Source of the DNA: Tubiluchus corallicola
Lineage: Eukaryota; Animalia; Priapulida
Direction of reading: 5' to 3'
Assembly: GCA_030141605.1 (NCBI GenBank)
Contig: JAQGDQ010000876.1
Location: forward strand, 21,262 to 85,261
Length of the DNA: 64,000 nt
In this document: positions 1 to 11,988 of the stretch, piece after piece
Layout of the letters: each line of letters opens with the position of its first letter
Numbering within the stretch: position 1 is the stretch's first letter
The notes under the pieces: generated by a model
Told to the model about the DNA's origin: nothing
What the model saw: only the letters and a program-made list of their open reading frames with translations
Database searches by the model: none
Position numbers and translations under genes: made by a program

Positions 1-79
1 TATACTACATTGTACATGCATGTAGCGAAACATCGGTAAGGTTTATTGCCGCAGAATTTCAATAATTTCCAATTCTTAC

Positions 80-181
80 CATTGATGACTCCTACGCCAA
101 CACTGCTTCTACGTGTGCTCATAGGAGACACCGCTTTCCATTCGCCCACATGAGGATCATAGCACTCCACTGAATTTAACC
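80..181 (-). CDS. KLHL2/3: Kelch-like protein (KLHL2/KLHL3/kelch family), coding exon 9; gene continues beyond left edge
   Basis: ag|...|gtaag, 102 nt; encodes [34 protein letters not shown] (kelch repeat); phases 1-1 fit the neighbouring exon. Confidence 0.92.
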
Positions 182-246
182 CTTTCAAATTAATTAATAA
201 TTAATAATAGCAAATTGCTTGTCTTCTATTTAAAACAGAATCTTAA

Positions 247-1100
247 TATAGGTTTTACACGTCAAATGTAGACATAGGGATTTCGAATGTGTTTTGGTAA
301 CTCAAATGTGACTTAGGTAAGTCAAATGTAGATGCGGTACTTTGAATAAAACGGTAATTAACTCATTTAAGTGCAAATTACAAAAAGATAAAACCAAATT
401 AAAATTATATTTTATGGTCATGGTGCTATCGGCAGCATCAATTTTTATTATATTTAATTAATTTGCAACTATTTGTATGGACGTTAATACATTTTTCAAA
501 TATAAAGAAAATGTTTATTTGATAAGAACACTTAAAAGTGTTGTACATAAATAAGTTAACAATTATACAATTATTAATATATACACCAATTCTACATTTT
601 ATTTGTCAACGTTTTACAAAAAATGTCGGCAGAAAAGAATAAATCGGTTCCCACTTCCCAATGAACAGTGAATCACTAATTAGTTTTTTAAGTAATGCAT
701 TAGCACTGCATTAATGAATTAGTTTCTCTCAAGAAACATTGTTTATTTTAAGAATGTATTGTTTTCTCTAACAGTTCCAATGGTATGTAAAGTTTGCAGA
801 ATATTAGTGAACCTATAACGTTGTTATTTTAACTTAAGAGCAATTATTAAATTGAAATTAAAGAAGATTAAATTTAACATCCTTAAACTTTACCACCTAT
901 CCACATTTGAGATACCAATGTCACATTTGACTTGACATGTGTCTACATTTGACTTACCAAAAACGCTTAAGATTTCTTGAAAACCATTGTTAACACATTT
1001 GAACTACCTAAGTCTACATTTGAGTTACCAAGACACATTTGAATTACCTAAATCTACATTTGAGTTAACGCACATCTACATTTGACATGTAAAACCTATA
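247..1100. mobile_element. MITE family B copy 1 (long TIRs with ~30-bp subterminal repeats)
   Basis: TIR tataggttttacacgtcaaatgtaga...tctacatttgacatgtaaaacctata; near-identical copy at 33467-34396. Confidence 0.85.
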
Positions 1101-1223
1101 GTTAATAACAACTTCAAGAAGAAAGTTAACACCTAAATTCCATAGCAATGAAACACTCAGCAGACATGATACGACCTGCTCACTACGGGTGAGCATTGTG
1201 CAGACATGACACGACCTGCTCAC

Positions 1224-1458
1224 TAGGGGTGAGCATTCTCTACCAGAAAGCGAATTCGAATCTGGATTTGATTTTGTTCTGCAGTAAAACCGCCATTAGT
1301 TTGTTAAAAATTTTGCACAGAAACTGCAGCTAAATTGCACTAATTTCATGCTGTTTCAAACATTTTAATGATGAAGAACGTATGTGGCCCAAATGCTGAA
1401 TTATTCGAATCTGTAATTTTAGGTTCGAATTCGATTTTAGGTTCAATGCTCAACCCTA
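1224..1458. mobile_element. hAT-like MITE family D, internally deleted copy
   Basis: TIR taggggtgagcat...atgctcaacccta; same family as 51659-52033; degenerate 8-bp flanks ctgctcac/ctccttac. Confidence 0.7.
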
Positions 1459-1644
1459 CTCCTTACCATGATTAAAAACTGAAGGACATCACAGAACAAC
1501 ACAGTATTTTTGCATTTTTTGTCATTTCTTTTAGGAAACTGTACATCTTAAACAAAAAGTACTTCACGTTAATAAGTCAAATTAACAAAAAAGTAATTTT
1601 CCTGAATGACAAACTTGTGACATACTACAGCACCATCATGGTAA

Positions 1645-1765
1645 GTACTACGGCCAAATCACGCTGAAAACACCGGTTCTCATCTGATCACCGAAGTTAA
1701 GCAACGTAGAGCCTGGTTAGTGCTTGGATGGGTGACCGCCTAGGAATCCCAGGTGCTGTAGGTTT
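1645..1765 (+). pseudogene. 5S rRNA-like head of the SINE (not a canonical 5S gene)
   Basis: CTACGGCC...GAAGTTAAGCAACG (box A)...TGGATGGGTGACCGCC (box C)...GGTGCTGTAGG; several substitutions; no T4+ Pol III terminator after it. Confidence 0.85.
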
Positions 1766-2140
1766 GCGGGATGCCCACACTGTATCTTGACACTAGGCGG
1801 AGGAGCTGCACAAGCAGCCAACGGCTAGAGGGCGGAGGAGGTCAAGTGACCGAACGGCCATGTGTAGAGGAGTAAACCTTCCAAATCAGGAGTGGAGCCC
1901 CGAAAGAGGACCAGTGCAGCATGCTCACTGGCTCCGGCAGCTCCTGCAGACAACCTGGTGCCAAACGTATAGTTTCACTTTCCTTTGGACTACATCAGGG
2001 AGGAAGAGAGGGGGTTCCTGTTGTCTGGGCAACTCAGGATCTCCATACACCTTACCCAGGCGTGCGCCCTGGAGACGTTCAAGGATCGGACTCTCTTTGC
2101 GCACATTCCATTGTCTTCCGAGACAGAAGGATGCCAACAA
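1645..2140 (+). mobile_element. 5S rRNA-derived SINE (SINE3-type)
   Basis: Full 5S-like head 1645-1765, GC-rich body, CAACAA tail, perfect 11-bp TSD CATCATGGTAA (1634-1644, 2141-2151). Confidence 0.85.
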
Positions 2141-2276
2141 CATCATGGTAAATGTCAGACAACACAAGAGATGAGGGAGTCAGAACAGCAGCTAAAATGT
2201 TTTGTAAACATGTCATTAACCCGACATCACATCAGTACCAAATACTCGTTCTTATCAATCTAATCCAGACACTCAC

Positions 2277-2474
2277 CTGTAGAGCCATCAAAGCCACCCA
2301 CGGCATAAATGAGACCATTCAAAACAGCTGCACCTAATGTACTACGCCTTGCGTCCATACTTTGCAGGGAGATCCACTGATCCTTCTGAGGATTGTACGT
2401 GTCGACAGACCGCACTCGCAAGTTACCGTTGAATCCTCCGACTGCATAAACCATTCCATTTAACACTGCCACAC
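2277..2474 (-). CDS. KLHL2/3: Kelch-like protein, coding exon 8 (kelch repeats)
   Basis: 198 nt, cag|...|gtgag; GVAVLNGMVYAVGGFNGNLRVRSVDTY...RRSTLGAAVLNGLIYAVGGFDGSTG. Confidence 0.95.
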
Positions 2475-3312
2475 CTGTAAACACGCAAAGATGAAAAGCC
2501 GACTCTAAATATACTTCTCAGTATAGACATAGACATTTTATTTTTCTCCAATTTGTGTCACAAATTTCCATTTTACGAAAAAAAAACTTTGTCTGTGGAG
2601 ATGGGGCAAGGAAAGACCGTAGGTCATCTAGTCACTCACCCCTTATAATTTAATATTGATGACAGAAAAAAGAATTGATGACACAGGATGCAATTAAACT
2701 AATCAAAAATAAAGCAATAACAAAAGCAAAATTATAAAAACAAACATAACAACAATAGCATAAGTGAAAAAAAATGATAATAAATGAAGATGATGAATAA
2801 GTATCACAATAATTAGTTACGAATTAAATAAAATGATAATAATGTACAGTTGTTTACAAAATTCTCGACAACAAAAAATAATGTGAATATGATTATATAA
2901 CAGAAAAAAAGAAACATAAAAGCAAAGCAGAGCTGCTAATTTATGTCACCGTCCAAAATTAATTGCTAATTGGGTATAGTGCATACACAAAAAATGTGTT
3001 TTAGCAGTTTTTTTACAAAATAATTTTTATAAACAAACACTGGTAAAGTGAAATGACGATGAAATTAATCAACACTCTTGACACGACACCATCTGTATAG
3101 TTCTTAATTACGTTATTTTTAATATATGAAGTTGCAATCCAGAGAAATTAAACATCGCTTAAAAAGTTCATAGATCATAACTGCGATTCAGAATGCAGTA
3201 TAGAAACGTGGTCTTTAAGATTAATCATAAGCGCTAAATTCCTCTTGACTTACTTATCTGATCCCACCATTCGTCTTTCACTGATTTGTGGCAACATTTT
3301 TCCTTCATAATA

Positions 3313-3619
3313 CAGTCGACCCTCGTTAAACCGGACCCCATTAGCCCGGATATCGGATAAGATGGACGTCATCCGTGTAAAGGAAATTGACCGATTTCTG
3401 TCCGAGCGCTAAACACAACACGGCCTACCAACTGTACAATAATTTCTTTATCCTCACAGGTTAAGTATTTTACAGTATAGTATATAGTGCAATGTATATA
3501 GGCCTTATTAAGGTGATTATTCCTGTATAATATAGACCATATATAGGCATATCGGATAAATTGGACAATCGGCTAAACCGGACACCCCCCAATTAGTCCA
3601 GTTTAACGAGGGTTGCCTG
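3313..3619. mobile_element. pogo/Tigger-like MITE family C copy 1
   Basis: TA|cagtcgaccctcgttaaaccggac...gtccagtttaacgagggttgcctg|TA; related copy at 35359-35795 in opposite orientation. Confidence 0.82.
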
Positions 3620-4027
3620 TAATTGCATTTGTATTCTGCATACTGTTAGTAATGGAGTCTGACTGTGTTGAGCCAAAATAAATAAAACCCAGTAGTTTAT
3701 GTCAAATGTAAATTAGCCTAAGGAGACACTAACGTATGTTGAATTAGTAAGGATATGTGAGAATCCAAGATGTTGCAATAAGATCTTATACATTGTTGTA
3801 CAACTGACCTCCAAGTTCTTTGGAATCAGCACATTTGGATCTTCAGGGAATGAATTACATAAAGGCTCTTTCACATAAACAACTAGGTTTATTGATTGTG
3901 GCTTGTCGTGATTAAGTAATCCGTGACAGATGCCAACTAACCGATTATTTACTGCACATCGTAATATTAACAAAATAAAGCGTTAATTAAATGAAATGCT
4001 TAATCTTCTCTGCACTTTCCAACCTGT

Positions 4028-4167
4028 TTGTTGAGCTGCCTGAGCATTGTATAAGCTACTTAGCATTGATAATCTCATACTCTTCAGACGTCTCATCTTG
4101 TTAAGCTGCCTGAGCATTGTATAAGCTACTTAGCATTGATAATCTCATACTCTTCAGATGTCTCAGC
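4028..4167. repeat. 70-bp tandem duplication
   Basis: Two near-identical copies of ttgttragctgcctgagcattgtataagctacttagcattgataatctcatactcttcagaygtctca. Confidence 0.85.
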
Positions 4168-4359
4168 GAGTTTATATAAAAGTTGCGTGACCAGTTCATT
4201 TACTTGTCACCTGTTGAAGGTGAGATATATTGCAATCAGGTTTTTAGCCTTAGTAAAAGTACAAAACTACGAGTGTCATCAAATATGATTAAGTACAGTT
4301 GCTTAAATGATGAAGCAATTAGACAGACTTGGAGTAAAAACTAAACTAGAACTACTGAC

Positions 4360-4477
4360 CGGCTCTGCACCTGCGTGTTTGCATATCAGACACCTGATAC
4401 CAACGTTCTTGCTGGAAGTCGTAACATTCAACTGACTTTATGGCTTTTGGTGCTTGTCCACCAATTACTAGCATAAC
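4360..4477 (-). CDS. KLHL2/3: Kelch-like protein, coding exon 7 (first kelch repeat)
   Basis: 118 nt; VMLVIGGQAPKAIKSVECYDFQQERWYQVSDMQTRRCRAG; GGQAPKAI and RRCRAG are characteristic of KLHL2/KLHL3/kelch. Confidence 0.95.
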
Positions 4478-4706
4478 CTGTTGAAAAACAAATACGGTCT
4501 AATATCATATAAACTCTAAACTGTTATAATGAAACAGACCTTCCTTAACTCACTGCTATCAATGTTGGGAAAAAAGTCGCAGTAAATTAAATTGTAACCT
4601 ACAAGTTAATCATTAAGTTTCCCAAGTTTTTATTTTCCCAAAAACATTTAAGTTGACTGTCTCCTACCTTTGCTTGTCAGGTTATTTGTTGATGTTTATT
4701 AGCAAA

Positions 4707-5053
4707 ACCGACAAAATTCAACATAAAAAAATTCACATAACTAAATCTATTACCGACAAAATTCAACATAAAAATTCACGCAACTAAATCTATTACCGAC
4801 AAAATTCAACATAAAAATTCACGCAACTAAATCTATTACCGACAAAATTCAACATAAAAATTCACGTAACTAATCTATTACCGACAAAATTCAACATAAA
4901 AATTCACGTAACTAAATCTATTACCGACAAAATTCAACATAAAAATTCACGCAACTAAATCTATTACCGACAAAATTCAACATAAAAATTCACGCAACTA
5001 AATCTATTACCGACAAAATTCAACATAAAAATTCACGCAACTAAATCTATTAC
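4707..5053. repeat. 43-bp minisatellite, ~8 copies
   Basis: Unit accgacaaaattcaacataaaaattcacgcaactaaatctatt. Confidence 0.95.
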
Positions 5054-5110
5054 AGCGAATATTCAGATAATCGCAAAATGCTTATTAGTTTATACATCAA
5101 TTGTACAAAC

Positions 5111-5275
5111 CTTAGGTAATCCGACTGGTGTACGAGGTTTAGTTCTTGGTGTTCTGAACATAGTTTTCTGCTCACCTCGAAGCAAGTGAAATTTCATGGC
5201 TTCTATAAGGAAGTCTTTGCAAACGGCATTACTACGTATTAATGGTTCGTCCTCCACTGTCTGAACAAGATATTC
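5111..5275 (-). CDS. KLHL2/3: Kelch-like protein, coding exon 6 (end of BACK domain/linker)
   Basis: 165 nt; EYLVQTVEDEPLIRSNAVCKDFLIEAMKFHLL...PRTKPRTPVGLPK. Confidence 0.93.
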
Positions 5276-5419
5276 CTGTAGTGATTAAATAACAACTTGT
5301 AAAAGATTTAATTAAGAATAACAAAAATTGCAAACTTGATTAACTCAAACCATGTGACAAATTGAGAAGAAACTCAAGCTTTTGCAAAGTTGTATGTAGA
5401 GAAGACAAGATAAAAACTG

Positions 5420-5784
5420 TGTGGAAGTTGGAATTGTACATTATAATTAGGTGCTGCCATCTATGTGCTAATCCTGTTACATTCTACCAGCTGACTTACC
5501 CCCAGTATAATTGTATGGTCCAGTGAATGCATATTCACTGGTTCTCTCCCTATTTTAAAGTAATGGTTGTTGTGAAGCCTGTGCAAGTCTGCCTAGGTCA
5601 AGTCCTATACCTGTATATACTGACTGGTTTTGCTTTCTAGTCACTCTCACTCTCATTCTCAGTGTTCAGTCATGCTACTCATGTGTCTGTAGTTTAATAA
5701 ACACTTCTGCTTTGTGCAGTGCAAATATGTATTACAGATATTTTATTCTTGTTCATACTTCTGTGCCTAAACTCAATCATAACA
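5420..5784 (+). mobile_element. Probable solo LTR
   Basis: TGTGG...TAACA ends; 5-bp flanks aactg/aagtg (1 mismatch); internal TATA-like motif and AATAAA (~5696). Confidence 0.5.
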
Positions 5785-6368
5785 AAGTGAGTGAACAACA
5801 ACTTCAAAAATGACTTTCACAAACTGTCTGCTACACAATTTTAAATTTACAACTAGACAGTTTTAAGATTCAGAAAACAGAAGATTTAGTAAAAAGCCGC
5901 CAAAAATTGATCTTTCTCTATTTTTTTCATAATCATGCATTTCGCTGTATAATGTATATCGCATACAAGAGTCAAGTATTAAACAAAACCTTTTACATAA
6001 AGGCTTTTGTAACTCCAACAAACATTGAAATTTTTTAAAGCCTTATTAAGATTACACAAAGAATTCATAGTTATTATTAAACAAAAGAACTTATAAATTA
6101 ATAACTTACGTTTTTCTGGTGAATTTCGAACACGTGCATTGCGCTAAAGATCGCCATGTTTCATGTCTTTGGCGCGAGTGAGCGAGAATGACGTACGAGG
6201 TACAGAAAGTGTCTTTGGTTACCGATGTTTGCTTAGCGATCTTTGGTGACCGCGTGACTGGTCATTCATAGGTCATTTGTCTTGCACAACGAAAAATGGC
6301 GGTTCTTCAAAATTAACAACGAAGTGATAAAAAATCAAAAGAAACAAAGTTTTACAGTCAGCTTAGAA

Positions 6369-6843
6369 CAGGGGTGTGCAAATTGCGACCCGCGGGCCAC
6401 TTGCCCGGGAAGAGATTTGTCAACCTAATGAAAGTGCGGAGAGGGTGATTAATTGAGTGTATCCAGCTGAAGTCCCTGCCACGATCCCAAAGATAGTGCA
6501 GGTAGTTTTTTCTACTAGATCGGATGCCATTAACCATTACAAGACGGTTGTAGCTTAATAACAATGTACTACACAGACTGTGTGATACACATTACTAATA
6601 TGCATTGCAATGAAATTACCACTATCTGTCCTCAAAGTAGAAATATATGGTTTGTAATATAAATTTTAATAACTTCTAAAATAGTTTCTTTAGTGTAGTA
6701 GCAATGATGTACGCAGGTCGGATGCAAAAAAATCATTATTAGGCCTTTCTGTACTTGGCTGCTTGATCAAACTGCCTGTGGCCCACAGGAATTGCGGGAA
6801 AGTTTAATGTGGCCCGGCTAGTCACATAATTTGCACACCCCTG
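6369..6843. mobile_element. hAT (Charlie/Buster-like) MITE family A copy 1
   Basis: TIR caggggtgtgcaaatt; perfect 8-bp TSD GCTTAGAA; four copies in the window. Confidence 0.92.
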
Positions 6844-7136
6844 GCTTAGAATAAAACAAATTGAATATTTGTAATGAGAGTAGGATTTTAAGTTGCAAAA
6901 GTTTATATTACAGTTTGACTTTAAGAAATATAGAAAGCATAACTAGTAGACATGATTTTCCAGTAGAAATAGGAAGATATTAGTCAAGAATTAGAACCAG
7001 GAAAGAGAAGAGATGAAAAAATTCACTGACACAGCAAGAAATACCAACCTGTGCAAATTGAGATTAACTTGTCAAATACTCTGGATTTAAAAATAAAAAA
7101 CAAAAAATCTTATGCGTTACAAACAAACAATCTAAC

Positions 7137-7238
7137 CTGTGATAAAAGTGGCAACCTGACATGCTCCATCAATTGAGCAACAAATTGACTTCTAAAGCTG
7201 ATATCATGTTTAATCCACGTTATCACTGCTTCAAAAAC
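7137..7238 (-). CDS. KLHL2/3: Kelch-like protein, coding exon 5 (BACK)
   Basis: 102 nt; VFEAVITWIKHDISFRSQFVAQLMEHVRLPLLSQ. Confidence 0.93.
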
Positions 7239-7283
7239 CTATATCCAAAAATACATGTACCTATTATACAATCATGAAAAGTA

Positions 7284-7990
7284 CCGTATTTATTCGAGTA
7301 TAACGCGCACACCCCTAATTTTCGATTAAAAATCAGTATCAAATTTTGTTTCACTTTCTCTCGGCTCAGACCATGCATTGTAAGTGACAAATGTTATTGA
7401 ACACGTGCCGCCATGATAAAAATCATTTATTGACAACGTAAAGTAAACTATGAACACAATACCGAAATAAAATTTACAATATTTATTTAAAATCCTTCAA
7501 AGTCCGATTCATCATCAGATACACCAAAGAGTTGTTCCCATTCTTCTTGAGTCAATTTATCATCAGTGTCCCAGTTGGGAGGAACTTCTGTTTCTTCAGT
7601 TTCTTCACTTTCTTCTGAGTCTGAATCCCACAGCAGGTCAGATGACGCATCCGATTATTGAATATTATTGATTATTTCCTTAGCTACGCCTCGCCTCTGC
7701 AGTGAGTGTTGCTCATGAGCCATTGAGAATTATTTATTTTAGATCGTCCACGCAAGTGCTTTGGATACTGCTACTAAAAATAGACCATAGGCGTTTTGTG
7801 GGTCGAGAGATGTGGCTGCATTCAATGTTTTGCGATTGTGGTCAGCGATATCTTCGACTAATGAGTCACTGCACAAATAATATATTGATACATTTAAGCA
7901 CATCTCCCCAGCCCTGATTTATAACGCGTACCTAAACTTTGAGTTCTTTTTTAGGTAGAAAATTTGCGCGTTATACTCGAATAAATACGG
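7284..7990 (-). mobile_element. pogo/Tc2-like non-autonomous transposon retaining the transposase 3' end
   Basis: TA|ccgtatttattcgagtataacgcgca TIR at both ends; minus-strand remnant DLLWDSDSEE...DDESDFEGF* (7487-7640). Confidence 0.85.
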
Positions 7991-8533
7991 TAATATTTAA
8001 ATATCTACAGTGAACTGAATGTGTGCAAGTCTCCTTTTAATATAATAATCATTACTATCTAATACATTTCATTTGATTCACAGATCCAGTGTGTACACGT
8101 AAAATGCCCATTTACAAAAAGTAATAAATTCCTATAAAGAGCCACAATACTTCATGAGCAATTTAAAATCCATTAGTGTTTCTCTCTAATGAAAAAAATC
8201 AAAATGCAAAGCAGCTAATATAAAAAAACCTATAACAAAATGCGAGTGAAAATATCATTAGTTTTGTCACAAATAGTCAGCTGTTTTAGAAAAATCATAA
8301 GAACGTGGAGTAATTATAATGGCATTAAACTGCAGTAAATAACTAATTAAACTTTAGAATTTGAAATAAGGCAAAGGTATAATAGATCTCTTATTGTAGA
8401 TTTAAATTTGTAGAACAAGGAAAATGATGCAAATGTTTATTCCACTATACCAGCAATGGAGAGTCAACTTTATTTATTTCGAAAATAAGCAAAGTAAACA
8501 TTTTACAGAAACAGAATTTCTCTGAATACCTAC

Positions 8534-8806
8534 CCTTTCCTCAGATGGTACCGTCAGTTGATCACTGCTGATAAGTAGATCCACATCTTCTATTGGCAAT
8601 GACAAGAATTCTTCACATTGAACAACTTCACTGAAATGCTGTTCAGTATACTGGTGAGCATATTGCAGCAGTTCTGTACACGCGTGCAGATCTGCAAATG
8701 ATTTGATTCCCAGACAGTTTGATGGATGTAGCTGAATTTTTAAAAAATCACAACAAGCGTCGCGCACCTCTATCAACTGCAGCAGATTGGCAGCCGGCAA
8801 AAGAAT
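8534..8806 (-). CDS. KLHL2/3: Kelch-like protein, coding exon 4 (BTB end/BACK)
   Basis: 273 nt; ILLPAANLLQLIEVRDACCDFLKIQLHPSNCLGIKSFADLHAC...QLTVPSEER. Confidence 0.95.
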
Positions 8807-9191
8807 CTGAAAGAGCAGAAAAACACAGACATTAGCAAACACGGACAATTATCTAAATTACTGTAATAATAATGCAGTGCGCATGAGTTAAGCACTGCAC
8901 TTTAGGTAGAAACAGTACTGTCGCTCACACAGTACGTGTTGTCAGTTGCACACGTGTCAGAGATAAGGTGCTGCACTTTAGTGCCAAATACCAAAAATTA
9001 GATTCTATGAAGCTGAGCCTATATATTTAACTATATAAAATGATTGCCCGTATCATTGGTTGTAACAATTTCACGTATCTTAGGATATCGGCGTATTTTA
9101 GTTTAAAAGCGATTCACTTCTGCAACTAACGAGATCAATCGTATTCCATCGCTTACTTTTCAATTTCAATGTTGTAAATAAATGCACAAAC

Positions 9192-9420
9192 CTGCACATT
9201 TTCCTCTGTGACTTGTATTTCAGCAGTGTAGACAAATTCTATAAGTAATACTAAAGCATGTGGATCAATTCCCTGCAACACTATCCTTCCCGCTTTGCTC
9301 TCACTAAGGTCACTGTTGAACATTGCATAAAAGTACGGACTACAGGAGGACAGTACAGCCTTGTGAGCTTCAACCTCAGTATTGTCAACAACCAGCGTTA
9401 TATCACATAGTCGCTTTTGT
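9192..9420 (-). CDS. KLHL2/3: Kelch-like protein, coding exon 3 (BTB)
   Basis: 229 nt; QKRLCDITLVVDNTEVEAHKAVLSSCSPYFYAMFNSDLSES...FVYTAEIQVTEENVQ. Confidence 0.95.
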
Positions 9421-9627
9421 CTACAACAATAAATGTTATTTTATAAAGCCATCTCAACGTGTGCCAATAGTAAAAAAGGGATTCAAAGAGGGAATTAATC
9501 GTGTGATTAGTGATTACGCACTTGTAATCAACTACCAATTCAACAATTTTCCATGGCTATCAGTCTTCCAGACTGTGTAACGAAAAAGGAAATCATATCG
9601 CGTGAGGATCACACTGTTTCGTAATTC

Positions 9628-10059
9628 TATAGGTTTTACACGTCAAATGTAGACACAGGAAAGTTCAAATGTGACTTAGGCAAGTCAAATGTAGACATAG
9701 GAATTTCGAATGTATTTTGGTAACTCAAATGTGACTTAAGTAAGTCAAATGTAGACACAGGAATTTTGAATGTGTTTTGGTAACTCAAATGTGACTTAAG
9801 TAAGTCAAATGTAGACACAGGAATTTTGAATGTGTTTTGGTAACTCAAATGTGACTTAGGTACGTCAAATGTAGACATAGGACATTTGACTTGAAATGTG
9901 TCTACATTTGACTTACCAAAAGCGCTTAAGATTTGTTGAAAACCATTGTTAACACATTTGAACTACCTAAGTCTACATTTAAGTTACCAAGACACATTTG
10001 AATTACCTAAGTCTACATTTGAGTTAACGTAGGTCTACATTTGACATGTAACACCTATA
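9628..10059. mobile_element. MITE family B copy 2 (central deletion, expanded subterminal repeats)
   Basis: Same TIRs as 247-1100; 60-bp unit repeated; core missing. Confidence 0.85.
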
Positions 10060-11024
10060 GTATAGAAGTCACGAAAAGTTTAAAAAAATCCCACATTATG
10101 TATTACACCTAAACTCTGTGAAGAACAAAATCAGTGAATTTCACTTTGAAATTAAACATCGCCTATGTGCCATCTTGCTGTGAACAGAATTCACATTTTG
10201 AGATCTATATGTGTAACTGCAATATGCATAACGACACTTATTTATTGGAAGGTGCTGCCCTCTACGAGCAGCGCGGAGAGGAAAGGACAGGAGAACAATG
10301 ATGGTCGCGCTTTTATTTACAACAATGTTTTTTATCGTTATTGTGTTATAGTTAATAACAGTGTTTAGTTATAACCAAATTTGTACCTTGAGAAATTTTA
10401 AATCTTGATGAAGAGCCAACGATGTAAGTTACATGAATTTAAATAATTTAATTAAGTTTATGAATTCAATCTGTGAAATTTGAGAAAGTACTTTTACCAA
10501 TAGGTTGTCATCTTCTTAATTATTAAGCTTCTGTTTATCATTCTATTTATTTTTCTTACTTGTTAATGTTCTCTTTATTATTCTCTTTAGAATAAACGAC
10601 TTTGGAACATGAATGAAATAGTGAAGGCTTTCTGTACATAACAATACGAGACTCAAACATTTAAACTTGGGCACCAACAACTGTAGCCATAACGACTGGT
10701 TAACAGTTAGGTGCCGTTCACACTGCATCCGGATGCTACTGCGTTTACACGTGCAGAACAGCTGGGCAAAAAAATCAATAGGAATAGCTGCAGAAAAAGA
10801 ACAATGCATACGCAGGCTACATAAACAGGTACATTGAAAACAATATAAACGATCTTATCTATTCCGCTCCCTCTCCCCAATCCCATCGGGATGGCAGGTA
10901 AACGCCACTTTAAGAATTGTAAAGAAATTAGTATAATACGGTTTTTTACCTTAATTTATCATATTACTAATACTAAAGACTACTGTACAAATTTTAAACA
11001 CTAAGCGGATCGTAAACTTCATAC

Positions 11025-11115
11025 TTGCGTAAAATATTTAAAACTTCAAAAGCCTTTCTGGAATGTTCCAGATTGTGGTATGGTGGCACGTCTCTCCGAT
11101 CTCTCTGCATATGTT
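11025..11115 (-). CDS. KLHL2/3: Kelch-like protein, coding exon 2
   Basis: 91 nt, cag|...|gtatg; HMQRDRRDVPPYHNLEHSRKAFEVLNILRK (typical pre-BTB helix); phase 2 joins exon 3. Confidence 0.88.
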
Positions 11116-11313
11116 CTGCAAAAGAAATAAACTACATATTTACAGGGTTCTAGCGTAGCATAAAAAATATTAAAGATTGCAGGTTAACACATTAAGAAAC
11201 CTCTAATCCTCCAAACTATGCATGTATGTATATAGCATTGTTCATGTACAGAAAAGCCAGTATAGCCAGTAAGCCATTAGGCATAATATTTTGCATTTAG
11301 TTTAACTCATACA

Positions 11314-11824
11314 CAGTCATACCTCGGTTTTCGAACATCTCAGTACTCGTACAAATCGGTTTTCGACCAGAAAATTCGAGTTGAAATTGTCTCTGCTCTC
11401 GCCCAGAATTTCGGTACTCGACCAACCGCCAAGCACGTGATGGTTCGCCAAAAGCATGTGCGGCGAGCCGAGCGTAACCGACTGCGCCCGAGTGCAGTCA
11501 CACACGTGTTTCTGCTCTTGCTTATGTATACCATCACACTGCTATCATCACGCAAGGTTTTTTCATGCAGGAATAATTATGTTTTTCTTTCTAAGGAATT
11601 CTATTAAGTTTTTCTCATCAATTATATCACATCTGCTGTTTGAATAAGCATTTTTGCATTATTATATTTCGTTTTAGTAATACGTTACAGTTCATTTGGT
11701 GCTTGAGAACGGATTATTTGCTTTTACATTATTTCTTATGGGAATAAATGATTTGGTACACAACCAAATCGGTTTTCAAACACTTTTTAGGAACGAATTA
11801 TGGTCGAAAACCGAGGTATGACTG
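11314..11824. mobile_element. pogo/Tigger-like MITE
   Basis: TIR cagtcatacctcggttttcga...tcgaaaaccgaggtatgactg|TA. Confidence 0.82.
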
Positions 11825-11988
11825 TAGAATTGTTCATGAACAGAAAAGCCAGTATAGCCAGTAAGCCATTAGGCATCATATTTTGTATTTAGTTTTGCTT
11901 AAAAATCCACACAATGTTATAATTACACACTAAGCGGGAAGAAATGATTTGAAAAAATTAGCAAAAATTTCCAGAAGAATTTCCTCAC

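Noticed and set aside
1645-1765. Functional 5S rRNA gene
   Set aside because: Solitary, substituted, lacks a Pol III terminator and is embedded in a TSD-flanked longer unit.
1766-2140. HDV-like ribozyme in the SINE body
   Set aside because: I could not build the nested double pseudoknot by eye; it would need a motif search.
4028-4167. Tandem hammerhead ribozymes (minus strand CTGAAGA plus 7-bp stem GTATGAG/CTTATAC)
   Set aside because: No GAAA core follows the stem and there is no compatible stem I/III; treated as a simple duplicated hairpin.
9305-9320. Possible non-canonical AT-AC intron boundary in the kelch BTB exon
   Set aside because: The reading frame continues uninterrupted to a normal AG at 9421-9422; the intron expected from vertebrate genes is simply absent.
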